A stretch of DNA of 64,000 bases from Alphaproteobacteria bacterium (GCA_020632795.1 JACKEV010000023.1:5775-69774); one strand, 5' to 3'; positions 17,178 to 27,347 are shown, counted from the first letter of the stretch. The notes: a model not told the origin generated them from the letters alone. Program-made: numbers and translations.

Positions 17178-19607
17178 CTAAGGCTTGGGCGGGGTCAGCA
17201 CCAGGGCGCTGCGGGCGAAGCGCTCGACCTGCTCGTTGGTGTAGTAGAGGTCGTTGCGGTCGCCCCGCGCCCAGGTCCGGAGCTGGTCCTGGTAGTGGCG
17301 GCTGGCGGGCTGCCCGGAGTTGCCGGGGGGCAGCACATAGGTCGACGCGCTGAGGTCCGACAGGGGCATGATGAGCCGGAACGACGAGATGTGGTCGGTC
17401 TGCCAGCCCTCGACCCAGCTCGACCCCCCGACGGCGACGGTGTTGTCGGAGCCCGCGCCAGCCACGGTGCCCGCGTTGAGCATGGAGAGCTGGGAGACCT
17501 CAGCGGCGAAGGGGTGGTCGAACGCGACCGCGTGCACGTCACCCCACTCCCACAAGCTGGTGTCCTCGCCGTAGGTGGCCACCAGGCTGTCCCAGGTGTT
17601 GAGGAGCGCCTTGCGGATGGCCATGTCGGGGTCTTCGGTGAACCGCTCCAGCCCGCCGTCGACGTCCAGCACGGTCTGCCCGGCGGGCGCGACGGCCAGG
17701 TACATCTCGACGCCGTCCTCGCCCAGCTCGTCGGTGAGGAGCTGCCGGATGAGCTGCTCCTGGAACTCCCCCCAGATCAGGGGCGCGATGGACTCGGCGT
17801 CGGTCTGGTAGTCCCAGTCCGCCAGGGTGTCGCGCACCCACTTCGCCCCGACGCTGTTGGGGTCGGAGACGTTGATGAGGCGGGCCAGGTTGGCCTTGGC
17901 CTGGGGGTCGTGGCGGTCGAGCTGGATCTCCGCGATGGTGTCGACGGTGTGGGTCGGGGTCTCGGACAGCAGGGCCTCGATGCGGTGCTGGCGCCAGGGC
18001 AGCTCGTACTGGGCGGCCATGACCGCCCCCAGGGGGGAGGGCGCGCCGTCGATCACCGGCAGGCTGTTGGCGGACGCGATGAAGCCGGCCTCGGGGGCCT
18101 GGATCCGGACGCGCTCGGCGGCGAAGCCGGTCCAGCCCGGGGCCACCAGCTCGACCGGCGGCGGCGGGGGGGGCTCCTCCGCGGCGGGCTTCTTCTTCTT
18201 GCTGCCCTTGGGCTCCTCCTCGGGGACGGGCGCGGGCCGCGCGTCCGAGGCGATGTAGGGCACCCGGCCGGTGTGGCCCTCGCGCACGGGGTGCTGGCCG
18301 GTGATGGTCCAGCCGAAGTCGCCGGTGGTGTCGGCCAGAAGGAGGTTCAGGGAGACGATCATCGAGGTGTCGGAGAGGGGCAGGGCCTCCTCCACCGAGC
18401 CGGCGCGGGCCAGGGCGCGCAGCACGTCCGCGCTGCGGTCGACGGTCTCCATGGCATGCCAGCGCAGCACCAGCAGGTGCTTGCCATCCAGCTCGGTGAG
18501 GACCGGCCCGAGCTTCGTCCAGTTCACGGTCTCGGTGCGGCTGCCCTCGTCCTTGACCTCGACGGTGACGCTGCGGGCCTCCAGGGTCTCGTCGACCCCG
18601 TTGAGCCGGTAGCCCTGCTCGCCGACCCGCTCGACCACCGCGAGGTCCATGTAGTCGGCGCCCACGTTGGTGACGCCCCAGGCCAGGCTGTCGTTGTGCC
18701 CCGCCACCACCCCGGGCAGGCCGGGCACGGTGAAGCCGGCGGCGTGCACGCCCCCGCCCGAGACGTCCGCCACGTACCACGGGCTGGGCACCAGCAGGTG
18801 GAGGTGCACGTCGTTGGCCAGGATGGGCTTGCCGTCGGCGCTGCGCTCGGGGCCGACGACCCAGGCGTTGGAGGCCTGGGGGCTGTGGTAGATGGTGAGG
18901 GTCTCGAAGAACGCCTTGGCGGGGCCGGTCAGCTCGCCGGCCTGGGTGGTGCGCAGCCGGCCCCAGTCGGCCTCCACAGGGGTGGCCTGGGGGTGGGGGC
19001 CGAACAGGGCGTCGACGTCGGCGCGGTCCAGGCGATCGCGCAGCTGGTAGGCGACCAGCTCCTGGGGGGCGTTGGTCGAGAGGGTCAACGAGAACAGGTA
19101 GATGGACGCCATCGTGTCGAGGGGGGTCCACTCGGTCCAGCGGTCCTGCTTGAGCAGGCGGTGCTCGATGGAGAGGCCCTTGAGGCTGTCGGCGCCGGCG
19201 TTGACCCCGGCGGTGTAGGCCGCGATGACGAACCGGGTCTCCGGCTCCAGGGCCTTGAGGGACGCCTCGGCCTGCGCGCGCAGCCCCAGGCCCGCCATGA
19301 AGGTGTCCAGGTCGGCGGTCTTGGGGCCGATGTAGGCGGACAGCTCGCCGTAGGCCAGGCGCCGGGTGGCGTCGAGCTGGAAGAGGCGGTCCTGGGCGTG
19401 GGCGTAGCCCAGGGCGAAGGCGGCGTCGGCCTCGGAGGCCGCGCGGATGTGGGGCACGCCGCGCTCGTCCCGGTGGACGACGACCTCGCCGGCCAGGCCT
19501 TCGGCCTCGGCTTCGCCAGCGAGCTGGGGGAGGCTGCGGCCCTGGGTCATCAGGGTGGTGAGCGCGCAGCCGGACAGGACCAGGGACAGGAGGATGGCGG
19601 TTCTCAT
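17178..19607 (-). CDS. penicillin acylase family (Ntn-hydrolase) lipoprotein
   Basis: The track ORF is trimmed to ATG 19607 (MRTAILLSLVLSGCA). The Ntn autoprocessing site is ...SNAWVVGPERSADGKPILANDVHL. Confidence 0.85.
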   Translation of the reverse strand: MRTAILLSLVLSGCALTTLMTQGRSLPQLAGEAEAEGLAGEVVVHRDERGVPHIRAASEADAAFALGYAHAQDRLFQLDATRRLAYGELSAYIGPKTADLDTFMAGLGLRAQAEASLKALEPETRFVIAAYTAGVNAGADSLKGLSIEHRLLKQDRWTEWTPLDTMASIYLFSLTLSTNAPQELVAYQLRDRLDRADVDALFGPHPQATPVEADWGRLRTTQAGELTGPAKAFFETLTIYHSPQASNAWVVGPERSADGKPILANDVHLHLLVPSPWYVADVSGGGVHAAGFTVPGLPGVVAGHNDSLAWGVTNVGADYMDLAVVERVGEQGYRLNGVDETLEARSVTVEVKDEGSRTETVNWTKLGPVLTELDGKHLLVLRWHAMETVDRSADVLRALARAGSVEEALPLSDTSMIVSLNLLLADTTGDFGWTITGQHPVREGHTGRVPYIASDARPAPVPEEEPKGSKKKKPAAEEPPPPPPVELVAPGWTGFAAERVRIQAPEAGFIASANSLPVIDGAPSPLGAVMAAQYELPWRQHRIEALLSETPTHTVDTIAEIQLDRHDPQAKANLARLINVSDPNSVGAKWVRDTLADWDYQTDAESIAPLIWGEFQEQLIRQLLTDELGEDGVEMYLAVAPAGQTVLDVDGGLERFTEDPDMAIRKALLNTWDSLVATYGEDTSLWEWGDVHAVAFDHPFAAEVSQLSMLNAGTVAGAGSDNTVAVGGSSWVEGWQTDHISSFRLIMPLSDLSASTYVLPPGNSGQPASRHYQDQLRTWARGDRNDLYYTNEQVERFARSALVLTPPKP

Positions 19608-19684
19608 GCGCGGCAGATTAACGCGGATCGGCCCGCCCTCGCCCGTGGTCATGTAGGATCCCCCCTTGGCCCTGGAGGTCCGTC

Positions 19685-21550
19685 GTGCGTGCGCTGAAGA
19701 TCGCCCTGGATGGAGTGACGCGGGGGGTCCTGTCTGCGCTGGCCATGTGCATCTCTGAGGCCGGGGGCATGATCTTCATCTGGAACGTCTCCCGGGGGTT
19801 CCCGCTCTCGATGGAGGCCTACCGGTGGGGCAGTGCCCAGGAGGTGGTGCTGGGGGCGATCCTGGGGCTTGTGTTGTCCCCTGCCCTCTTGGCGCCGCGG
19901 GGGCGTGCGCTGCACGCGCTCGGGCTGATCGTCGTCTGGGTGGGCCTGGCTTGGGTGTTCCCGCCCGTCGAGAGCAGCATGGTCTTGAGCCTCGCCCCCG
20001 CGGTCGGCGGCAGCATGCTGTACCTGGGGGGGCTCGGGCTCGCGACGCGCTGGCCTCGAGCCTCGGTCGGGCTCGGGGCGACCACTCTGGCGCTGGTGCT
20101 GACCCTGCCCGAGTTCTTCCTGGGCGGCGCGCGCTCGGTGGAGGCCACCCGGCCCGATGCTGTGGCCGAGGGCCCCGACGTGGTGCTGGTCGTGATGGAC
20201 ACCGTCCGGGCCTCCAGCGTGTCGGCGTACGGCTACCCGGTCGAGACCACGCCCCACTTCGATCGGCTGGCGGCCGAGGGGGCCTTGTTCAAGCGGGCGG
20301 TGGCCCCGTCCACCTGGTCGCTGCCCTCGCATGCCTCCTTCTTCACCGGCCACTTCACCTCGGCGCACGGCGGCCACTCGGAGACCGGCACCCTGGACGA
20401 GGCCCTGCCCACCCTCGCCGATGTGTTCGCCGAGGCCGGCTACGAGACCGCGCTGTTCAGCGCGAACCCCCACCTCTCCGACGCCTTCGGGCTCGCCCGG
20501 GGCTACCGCTTCGAGGACCAGGCCTGGCGGGGGGACAGGACCATCGCCCATGTGTTCACGGCCCACCGGCTCCTCGCGGTGATGGGGTACGGGGAGGACG
20601 ACAAGGGCGGGGGCCGGGTCGCGGGCAACTTCGAGCGCTGGGTGGCCAGGCGCCCGGCCGACGCGCCGCCGGCCTTCGTCACCCTCAACTTCCTGGAGGC
20701 CCACGCCCCCTACGAGAAGGTCCCCGAGCCCTTCCTGTCCCGGTTCACCGACCGGCCCCACGCCGAGCTGGCGGACGTCAGCAACCTGGCGATGGCCGAC
20801 ATCTTCAACGCCAGCCTCACCCCGGAGGACGTCGAGCGGATGCGCGTGCCGATGGGTGAGATGTACCACGCCAGCGTGGCCTACACCGACCACCTGCTCT
20901 CCCGGGTCGTCGACGCCCTGCGGGCCCGGGGCTCCCTCGACGACACCGTGCTCATCGTGTTGGCGGACCACGGCGAGCTGTTGGGCGAGCACAACCGCTT
21001 CGGCCACGGCCGCCCCCTCTACGAGCCCGATCTGTGGGTCCCCCTGATGATCCGCTACCCGGCCGCGGTGCCCGCCGGGGTCGCGGTGGACCAGCCGGTG
21101 TCGACGGTGGGGGTGATGGCGACCGCGCTGGCGCTGGCCGGGCTGGACGCCCCGCCGGTGCAGGTGGGCTCGCTGCTCCCCGCGCTCCGGGGGGAGCCCG
21201 CCGGCCAGCCGCTCATCGTGGAGCGCTACCGGATGGAGCGCGGCGCCCCCACGCAGGACCCGATGTCGATGCCCGACCAGCGCTATCGGGTCTACTACAG
21301 CGGGCCCTGGAAGCTGGTGACGTGGACCGGCGGCCCGCCGATGCTCTTCGACCTCGCGGCGGACCCCACCGAGGACCACGACCTCGCCGACCAGGACCCC
21401 GCGCAGCGCGCCGCCCTTGAGGCCGAGCTGGACGGCTGGGCGACGCGCCTGGGCCTGCCGCCCCTGGACGCGGCGGCCGTGGAGGGCGAGGGCCCGAAGA
21501 TGGATGAGGAGACGCGGGATCGGCTGGAGGCGTTGGGGTACGTCGAGTGA
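19685..21550 (+). CDS. membrane-anchored sulfatase-family protein
   Basis: 621-aa ORF. Several N-terminal TM helices precede the sulfatase-fold motifs VVLVVMDTVRASS, PSTWSLPSHASFFTG, LADHGELLGEH and GHG. Confidence 0.8.
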   Translation: MRALKIALDGVTRGVLSALAMCISEAGGMIFIWNVSRGFPLSMEAYRWGSAQEVVLGAILGLVLSPALLAPRGRALHALGLIVVWVGLAWVFPPVESSMVLSLAPAVGGSMLYLGGLGLATRWPRASVGLGATTLALVLTLPEFFLGGARSVEATRPDAVAEGPDVVLVVMDTVRASSVSAYGYPVETTPHFDRLAAEGALFKRAVAPSTWSLPSHASFFTGHFTSAHGGHSETGTLDEALPTLADVFAEAGYETALFSANPHLSDAFGLARGYRFEDQAWRGDRTIAHVFTAHRLLAVMGYGEDDKGGGRVAGNFERWVARRPADAPPAFVTLNFLEAHAPYEKVPEPFLSRFTDRPHAELADVSNLAMADIFNASLTPEDVERMRVPMGEMYHASVAYTDHLLSRVVDALRARGSLDDTVLIVLADHGELLGEHNRFGHGRPLYEPDLWVPLMIRYPAAVPAGVAVDQPVSTVGVMATALALAGLDAPPVQVGSLLPALRGEPAGQPLIVERYRMERGAPTQDPMSMPDQRYRVYYSGPWKLVTWTGGPPMLFDLAADPTEDHDLADQDPAQRAALEAELDGWATRLGLPPLDAAAVEGEGPKMDEETRDRLEALGYVE

Positions 21551-21933
21551 CGCCTCCCCATGACGACACCCCCGCTCGCCGCGTCGCCGCCGTCGCCGGC
21601 CCGACCCTGCTCGCGGTGACCAGCTCCGAGACCCTGAACCTCGGCATCTGGGCCCAGGGTCAGCCGACGCTGACCTACCTCAACGGCATGCTGCTCTTCG
21701 TCGCGGGCCTGATCGTCCTGCGCACCTGGCACCGGTGGACCCGGACCTGGGCGGTGGCCGTCACGATCACCGGCTGGCTGGCGCTGCTCGCCGGGCTGGC
21801 GCGCATGTTCTTCCCCGCCGCGCCCCAAGGGGGCGAGAACGCCGCCACCTACGCGTTCATCGGGCTCCTGTTCTCCCTGGGGCTGTGGCTGACGGTCCAC
21901 GGGTACCGGCGGGGTGACGCGGAGGGGGCGTAG
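21547..21933 (+). CDS. small integral membrane protein
   Basis: 128-aa ORF overlapping the sulfatase stop by 4 nt. It has 3-4 hydrophobic helices. Confidence 0.5.
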   Translation: MTPPHDDTPARRVAAVAGPTLLAVTSSETLNLGIWAQGQPTLTYLNGMLLFVAGLIVLRTWHRWTRTWAVAVTITGWLALLAGLARMFFPAAPQGGENAATYAFIGLLFSLGLWLTVHGYRRGDAEGA

Positions 21934-21965
21934 GCTATCCTGGTCGCCTCAAGCCCAGGGCCCGC

Positions 21966-24011
21966 GTGCGCCTGCTCACCCTCGTCCCGCCCTACCGCCA
22001 CCGCCACTGCCCCCCGGCCGGGGCCGCTGCCCTGCTCGGCCAGGCCCGGATCGATGGACACGCGGATCTCGAGCTGCTGGACCTGAGGCCGCTGACCCCT
22101 GACGTGCTGGCGCCCACCTTCAACCCCGTGGGGACGTTCGGGGAGTCCTTCGTGATGGACATCCCGGACCTGCCGCTGGCGCTGGGCGTCCTGGCGGCCT
22201 TCAGGGACGGTGGCCCGCTGGCTGAGGGTACGCCCGAGCCGCTGTTCGAGCGCTACGCCCTGGAGCGGGGCATCCACCCCCGCTGGCTGCGCGGCTGGCT
22301 GGCTGACATGGAGGCGTTCCTGGAGGACGTCTGGCGTGGCCTGCCCGCGCTGAGCCTGGTCGGGCTGTCCGTCTGGTCCTCCAACCTCACGACGAGCCTG
22401 ATGGCGGCCGCGATGCTCAAGCGCCGACCGGCGCCGCCGCTCATCGTGGCCGGCGGCCCCCAGGTCTCGGAGAGCCGGGCGTCGGCGCTGCTGGGCCTGC
22501 GGGCGGGGCTGTTCGACGCGGTCGTCGTGGGGGAAGGAGAGCGGGCCTTCTGCGAGATCCTGCGGCGCCATCGGGCCGGGGAAGCCCTGGAGGGCATCCC
22601 CGGCGTGCGCACCGCAGCGTGTCCGGCGCTGCCCGAGGCGAGCGCGCCCCTCATCAAGCTCGCCGAGGTGGCCCTCCCCGACTTCTCTCGCATGGACCTG
22701 GCCGCCTACCGCGCGCCTTCGGGCCAGCTTCGCCTGCCCTACCAGCTCTCTCGGGGGTGCACGGACCGCTGCACCTTCTGCAGCGAGTGGGTGTTCTGGC
22801 AGCGCTTCCGACCCGCCTCGGTGGAGCGGAGCCTCGTCCAGTTGGAGGTGCTGAGCGCGCGCTGGGGCGTGCGGGCCTTCCACTTCACCGACTCCCTGCT
22901 CAACGGGCACCCCAGGCAGCTGCGCGCCTTCGCCGAGGGTCTGCTGGAGCGGGATCTGCAGCTGGACTGGGGGGGCTTCATGCGGGCGCAGATGGACCCG
23001 GAGACCGCGAGGCTGCTGCGGGCGGCGGGCTGCAGCTACGCCTACATCGGCGTCGAGTCCCTCTCCGATGAGACCCTGGCAGCCATGAACAAGCGCCGCA
23101 CCCGGGCTCAGAACCTGGAGGCCATCGACGCGCTGCTGGAGGCGGGGATCGCCGTCTCGGTGGGGGTGATCCCCGGCTTCCCTGGCGACACCCGGGCGCG
23201 GTTCCTGGCGACGGCCCGGGAGCTGGCCGCCCTGGCCGAGGCCTGGCCGGGCCGGTTCAGCTTCAACGTGGAGCCCTTCGTGGTCTCGCCGGCCCAGCCC
23301 CTGGCCCGGGACCTCGACGCGGTGGGCCTGCGCCCGGTGCCCTGGCCTCCCGAGATCCTGGACATCACGCCGGAGCTCGCCGACCTCCTGGAGGGCGTGG
23401 CCTGCGCCGTGGAGGGCGCCAACCAGGGCGCCGAGCGCGCCGGACAGCTCCAGGTGCTGGAGGTGCTCACCGACGCGACGCGAGGCGCGGCCGCCTCCCA
23501 CCGCCCGGAGGACCTGCCCGAGGATCGGGCTCGCTTCCTCAGCGCCGGGTCCCTGCGCCTTGCGCTGGTCAAGCAGCGGGGTCGCCTGGTCGGCGCGCTG
23601 CTCCGCCCCGAGGAGGAGGCGCGGCTTCGAGCGCTGGTGCAGGAGGGTCGCCCGGGCGCCCCGCTGGGTCAGCATCCCGGCTTCGCGTCGACCTGGAGGG
23701 TCCTGCTGGAGCAGCAGGCCTGGCGTCCCGGGCGTCGGGCCTGGCCCGCGCGGCAGGTCGAGCGCGTGGAGGACCGCCACCGCTTGTGGGTGCCTGACCA
23801 CGTCGTCGGCCGGGTCGAGCGCGGGCGGCTCGTGCTCGCCCACCTGCTGAATGGCCGCAGCGCGTCGCTCCCCGCCGCGCTCGCCACGCCGCTGGCTGCG
23901 CTGTCCGAGGCGGCCGGGGCGGCGCCGGCCCTGCGCGGCTGGCTGCCCCAGAGGGAGCTGGACGACCTCCACCGCCAGGGCTTCCTGCAGGTGCTGCCCC
24001 CCAGCGCTTGA
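21966..24011 (+). CDS. B12-binding-domain radical SAM protein
   Basis: 681-aa ORF (GTG start). It has a CX3CX2C motif (CTDRCTFC) after an N-terminal Rossmann-like region. It is convergent with the GNAT gene, 3 nt apart. Confidence 0.8.
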   Translation: MRLLTLVPPYRHRHCPPAGAAALLGQARIDGHADLELLDLRPLTPDVLAPTFNPVGTFGESFVMDIPDLPLALGVLAAFRDGGPLAEGTPEPLFERYALERGIHPRWLRGWLADMEAFLEDVWRGLPALSLVGLSVWSSNLTTSLMAAAMLKRRPAPPLIVAGGPQVSESRASALLGLRAGLFDAVVVGEGERAFCEILRRHRAGEALEGIPGVRTAACPALPEASAPLIKLAEVALPDFSRMDLAAYRAPSGQLRLPYQLSRGCTDRCTFCSEWVFWQRFRPASVERSLVQLEVLSARWGVRAFHFTDSLLNGHPRQLRAFAEGLLERDLQLDWGGFMRAQMDPETARLLRAAGCSYAYIGVESLSDETLAAMNKRRTRAQNLEAIDALLEAGIAVSVGVIPGFPGDTRARFLATARELAALAEAWPGRFSFNVEPFVVSPAQPLARDLDAVGLRPVPWPPEILDITPELADLLEGVACAVEGANQGAERAGQLQVLEVLTDATRGAAASHRPEDLPEDRARFLSAGSLRLALVKQRGRLVGALLRPEEEARLRALVQEGRPGAPLGQHPGFASTWRVLLEQQAWRPGRRAWPARQVERVEDRHRLWVPDHVVGRVERGRLVLAHLLNGRSASLPAALATPLAALSEAAGAAPALRGWLPQRELDDLHRQGFLQVLPPSA

Positions 24012-24014
24012 GGT

Positions 24015-24932
24015 TCAGCGTCGGCCCGCCAGCGCAGCCCGCACCGCGACCCAGGGGGCCCGGTAGCGGTACGTCCGGGCGACGAGGGTGAAGCCGAGGC
24101 GCGCGTAGAGGCGGCGGGCCCCGGCGTTCACGCTGCTGACCTGGAGACGGGCGGCGTGTCCCCGGTCCAGGATCTGCCGCAGCACCGCGTCTCCCAGCGC
24201 TTGCCCCACCCCCTTGCCCTGCGCGGCGGGGTCCACGACGATGCTCTCGATCCACGTCGCGCCGCGGTCGGCCTCCAGGTGGGCGTAGCCGACCAGCGCG
24301 CCGTCCAGCCGAGCCACCCACAGCTCGGCGTCCACGAGCAGCTCGGCCATGCCGGGCGCGGTGAAGGGGACGAAGGAGATGTCCTCGGCGTAGGCCAGGT
24401 TGTGGAGCGCAGCGACCGCGTCGGCCACGGCGGACGGCTCAGCCACAGGCTCGACGCGGAGGCCCTCCACGACCCTCGATCGCCGGGCGGGGGCCTCCTC
24501 GCATCGCATCTCCAGCTCCTCCTCCACCACCGCGAAGCCCAACGCCTCCACGAAGCGGCGACCGGTCGCCCACGCCTCGGGGCAGAGGGTCTGCAGGGTG
24601 ACCGCCTCGAGCGCCTGGTCCAGCTCGGTGATCGCCCACAGGAGCCGACCGCCGACGCCCTCCCGGCGGCGGGTGAGGTCGACCAGGACGCGAAAGTGAC
24701 GCAGCGGGGTCCCCTCCGGGCTGCGCAGGGAGGAGGTCGCCAGGCCGATCAGGCGGCCGTCCTCCTCGGCCACGCGGAACCCGACGCCTCCTTGGTTGAC
24801 CTCAAACCCCAGGAAGCGCTCCCACGCGGCGGCGCTGAGCGGTCCGCCGGTGCCGTCGGCGGCCAGGCGGTCGTAGAGGTCGACCACCGCGGGGGTGTCC
24901 TCGGCGCGGAGGGCGCGGATCAATACAGCCAC
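24015..24932 (-). CDS. two-domain GNAT N-acetyltransferase
   Basis: The track ORF is trimmed to GTG 24932 (TTG 24923 also possible). Two GNAT cores are present, including the acetyl-CoA loop VDPAAQGKGVGQALGDAVL and an earlier RRREGVGGRLL. Confidence 0.7.
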   Translation of the reverse strand: MAVLIRALRAEDTPAVVDLYDRLAADGTGGPLSAAAWERFLGFEVNQGGVGFRVAEEDGRLIGLATSSLRSPEGTPLRHFRVLVDLTRRREGVGGRLLWAITELDQALEAVTLQTLCPEAWATGRRFVEALGFAVVEEELEMRCEEAPARRSRVVEGLRVEPVAEPSAVADAVAALHNLAYAEDISFVPFTAPGMAELLVDAELWVARLDGALVGYAHLEADRGATWIESIVVDPAAQGKGVGQALGDAVLRQILDRGHAARLQVSSVNAGARRLYARLGFTLVARTYRYRAPWVAVRAALAGRR

Positions 24933-25675
24933 TGCACGACTCCCTGCCGCGAGCGGCGACGGTTCGGTGTGATCGAGTGGTAGGCCGGGCCGCGCTGGAA
25001 GTCGAGCAGCACCAGGCGATTCGCCTGGGGCACGACCTGGGCGAGCAGGCGCGCGCGAGCGGGCCGCACCCCCACGGGCGCGGCCACCTCGACCTCCAGC
25101 GTGGTGGCTTCCTCCAGGAAGCCCAGCGGCCGGCCGACGAAGGCATCCCACCGGAGCAGGCCGGCGGGCGCGGGGTCGAGCGTCTCCACCTCCCAGAGCT
25201 GGAGGAGCCCCCCGTCCGCCGCCCGCCAGTCCGGGGTGAGGTAGAGCAGCGCCGCGGCGGACTTGCAGGCCTCCGGATCCCGGTCGGTGTGCGGCCAGAA
25301 ACCCAGCGAATCCGGGGGATGACGCCGGGCCTTCACCACCGTGCGCCCGGGCTGGCGCAGCGTGATGTCCAGGGCCCGAGCCACCCAGTCGTGCCAGGCC
25401 GGGGACGTCCAGAGCTCGTGGCCCGGTGACGCCGGGTCGCCGTCCAGGCGCATGGCCAGCGCGTCGTAGTTGAGGTCGGGGGAGTCGGGGACCAGGGGCA
25501 GGGTCGCCCAGGCCGCCTGCAGCGCCTCCAGCGCCTCGGGCCGCAGCAGGTCGTCCACCACCAGGTAGCGCTCGAAGGGGCGGGCGCGGGCCTGCTCCTG
25601 AAGAGCCCGGGGATCGAGCAACTCGGGCCGCAGCCAGGCCTGGAGCACATCAGCGCTCGGCCCCGCGGACCTCAT
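24920..25675 (-). CDS. 2OG-Fe(II) oxygenase-like protein (paralog 2)
   Basis: The track ORF is trimmed to ATG 25675 (ATGA overlap with the upstream stop). Candidate facial triad is WPHTD ... AYHSI, with a downstream Arg. It is clearly paralogous to 25672..26391. Confidence 0.6.
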   Translation of the reverse strand: MRSAGPSADVLQAWLRPELLDPRALQEQARARPFERYLVVDDLLRPEALEALQAAWATLPLVPDSPDLNYDALAMRLDGDPASPGHELWTSPAWHDWVARALDITLRQPGRTVVKARRHPPDSLGFWPHTDRDPEACKSAAALLYLTPDWRAADGGLLQLWEVETLDPAPAGLLRWDAFVGRPLGFLEEATTLEVEVAAPVGVRPARARLLAQVVPQANRLVLLDFQRGPAYHSITPNRRRSRQGVVQWLY

Positions 25676-26391
25676 GCCACCCACTGCAGCACCGCGCGGC
25701 GCGCCCGGCCGTGGCTCGGGGTCACCGAGTGGACCGCCTGCTGCGGGTGGAGGCCGATGAGCACCGCCCGGTTGCGCTCCGGGACGACCTGATCGAGCAG
25801 GCGCAGGCGCGTGACCGGCAGGTTCCAGGGCCCCCCCAGCTCCAGCACCAGCTCCCGGCGCTCCTCCAGGAAGCCGAGGTGCTCGCGCTCGCGGTCCGCC
25901 CAGCGCATGGGCTCGTCCCCGGGGCGGGTGGGGAGCGCCTGCCAACGCTGGAGGAGCCCCCCGTCCGCCGCCCGCCAGCCCGGGTCGAGGTAGAGCAGCA
26001 CGGCCAGGCGACGGGGGATGCCGGGCAGATCGTCGACGTGGGGCCAGAAGCCGCGCGCGTCGGGCGGGTGGATCCGAGCGGCGACGGTGAGGGCGCAGAC
26101 CTCAGGCTCCGGCTCGTCCAGCGCGCGGTGCAGCCAACGCATCCAGGCGGGGGCGTAGAACAGCTCGGCCAGCGCGTCGTCCGGGGCCACCCGGCTGGAG
26201 GTGGAGTCGTAGGGCAGACCCTCGTTGTCGGGCGCGAAGCGGCGCCGGGCGAAGTCCGCGTCGATGCGCGCGAGGGCCTCCTCTCGCAGGAGCCCGTCCA
26301 CGACCAGCCAGCGGCCGTGGGCGCAGGCTCGGGCGTCCTCGGCCAGGCGCGAGGGGTCCAGCCAACGTGGGGACAGCCAGCGCTCCAGCAC
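25672..26391 (-). CDS. 2OG-Fe(II) oxygenase-like protein (paralog 1)
   Basis: 239-aa ORF. It has WPHVD ... AVHSV ... R plus LLYLDPGWRAADGGLLQRW, matching LLYLTPDWRAADGGLLQLW in the paralog. Confidence 0.6.
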   Translation of the reverse strand: MLERWLSPRWLDPSRLAEDARACAHGRWLVVDGLLREEALARIDADFARRRFAPDNEGLPYDSTSSRVAPDDALAELFYAPAWMRWLHRALDEPEPEVCALTVAARIHPPDARGFWPHVDDLPGIPRRLAVLLYLDPGWRAADGGLLQRWQALPTRPGDEPMRWADREREHLGFLEERRELVLELGGPWNLPVTRLRLLDQVVPERNRAVLIGLHPQQAVHSVTPSHGRARRAVLQWVA

Positions 26392-26393
26392 CG

Positions 26394-27347
26394 TCAGATC
26401 CCAAGCGGCGGCCGCTGATCGGGGCCGTCGGCGTCCATGTCGTCCCAGTAGTCCTCCAGGGCGAGCTGGTAGGCGTAGAGGTCAGCGCTCACCGTGGGCT
26501 GGTCGGGGTCCAGCAGCGCCTGAAGGCGGCGGGCGTTGCGCCCCGCGCGGCTGCCCTCCGCCCGCGCCGCGCTGTGGGCGATCGCCTCGCGGAGCAGCGC
26601 GTCGCCGCGCAGCAGATCCAGGGCGTACCGGTTGCCGTCGAGGCTTCGGCGCAGCCAGCTCGGGGGACGCTCTCCCTTGAGGATGACGACGCTGTAGGGG
26701 AAGGACACATGCAGCAGGGGGCGGAGCCCGGCGCCGTGGAAGAAGCGGCTGGCCGCCCGCGCCGGGCCCTGGGCGTGGTGGAAGAAGTCGTCCAGGATGA
26801 GCAGCCCCCCCTCGACCAGCCTCGGCCAGAGGGCCTCCAGGCACTGCAGCACCGAGCGGTACAGGTCGGCGTCCACATGCACCAGCGCCAACGGTCCCTT
26901 GGGGAGGGTGGACAGGGTGCGCTCGAAGAAGCCAGGGACCGGCCGCACCACCGCGTCGAGGCCCTGCTCCGCCAGCAAGGCCCGGAAGCGCTCGAGCAGC
27001 GCCTCCCGGCCCGGTCGGGTCCGGTAGTCGCCTTCGCGGAAGTAGGGGTTGTCGACGGCGTCATCCGGCGGGGGGAGGCCTTCGAAGCTGTCCAGGGCGT
27101 ACACCCGTCGACCCGCCGCGCGGGCGAAGTCCCCGAAGAAGACGCTGGTGCCGCCCCGCCCCACGCCGCACTCCACGAGGTCTCCCTCCAACTGTGGCAG
27201 GCGCTCGGCGAGGAGGTGGCCGTACGCCCAGTGCCCCCAGGGCCAGGGCGGCTTGAGGCAGTGGCGCTCCAGCGCGACGATGCGAGCGCCCAGCGGCCCG
27301 GCGTCCGCGAACCAGCGGGCGTCGAACAGGTCGAAGGGGAAGCTCAT
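26394..27347 (-). CDS. TylF/MycF-type class I SAM-dependent methyltransferase
   Basis: 317-aa ORF. Motifs are GDLVECGVGRGGTSVFF, YALDSFEGLP and VHVDADLYRSVLQCLEALWPRLVEGGLLILDDF. Confidence 0.8.
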   Translation of the reverse strand: MSFPFDLFDARWFADAGPLGARIVALERHCLKPPWPWGHWAYGHLLAERLPQLEGDLVECGVGRGGTSVFFGDFARAAGRRVYALDSFEGLPPPDDAVDNPYFREGDYRTRPGREALLERFRALLAEQGLDAVVRPVPGFFERTLSTLPKGPLALVHVDADLYRSVLQCLEALWPRLVEGGLLILDDFFHHAQGPARAASRFFHGAGLRPLLHVSFPYSVVILKGERPPSWLRRSLDGNRYALDLLRGDALLREAIAHSAARAEGSRAGRNARRLQALLDPDQPTVSADLYAYQLALEDYWDDMDADGPDQRPPLGI

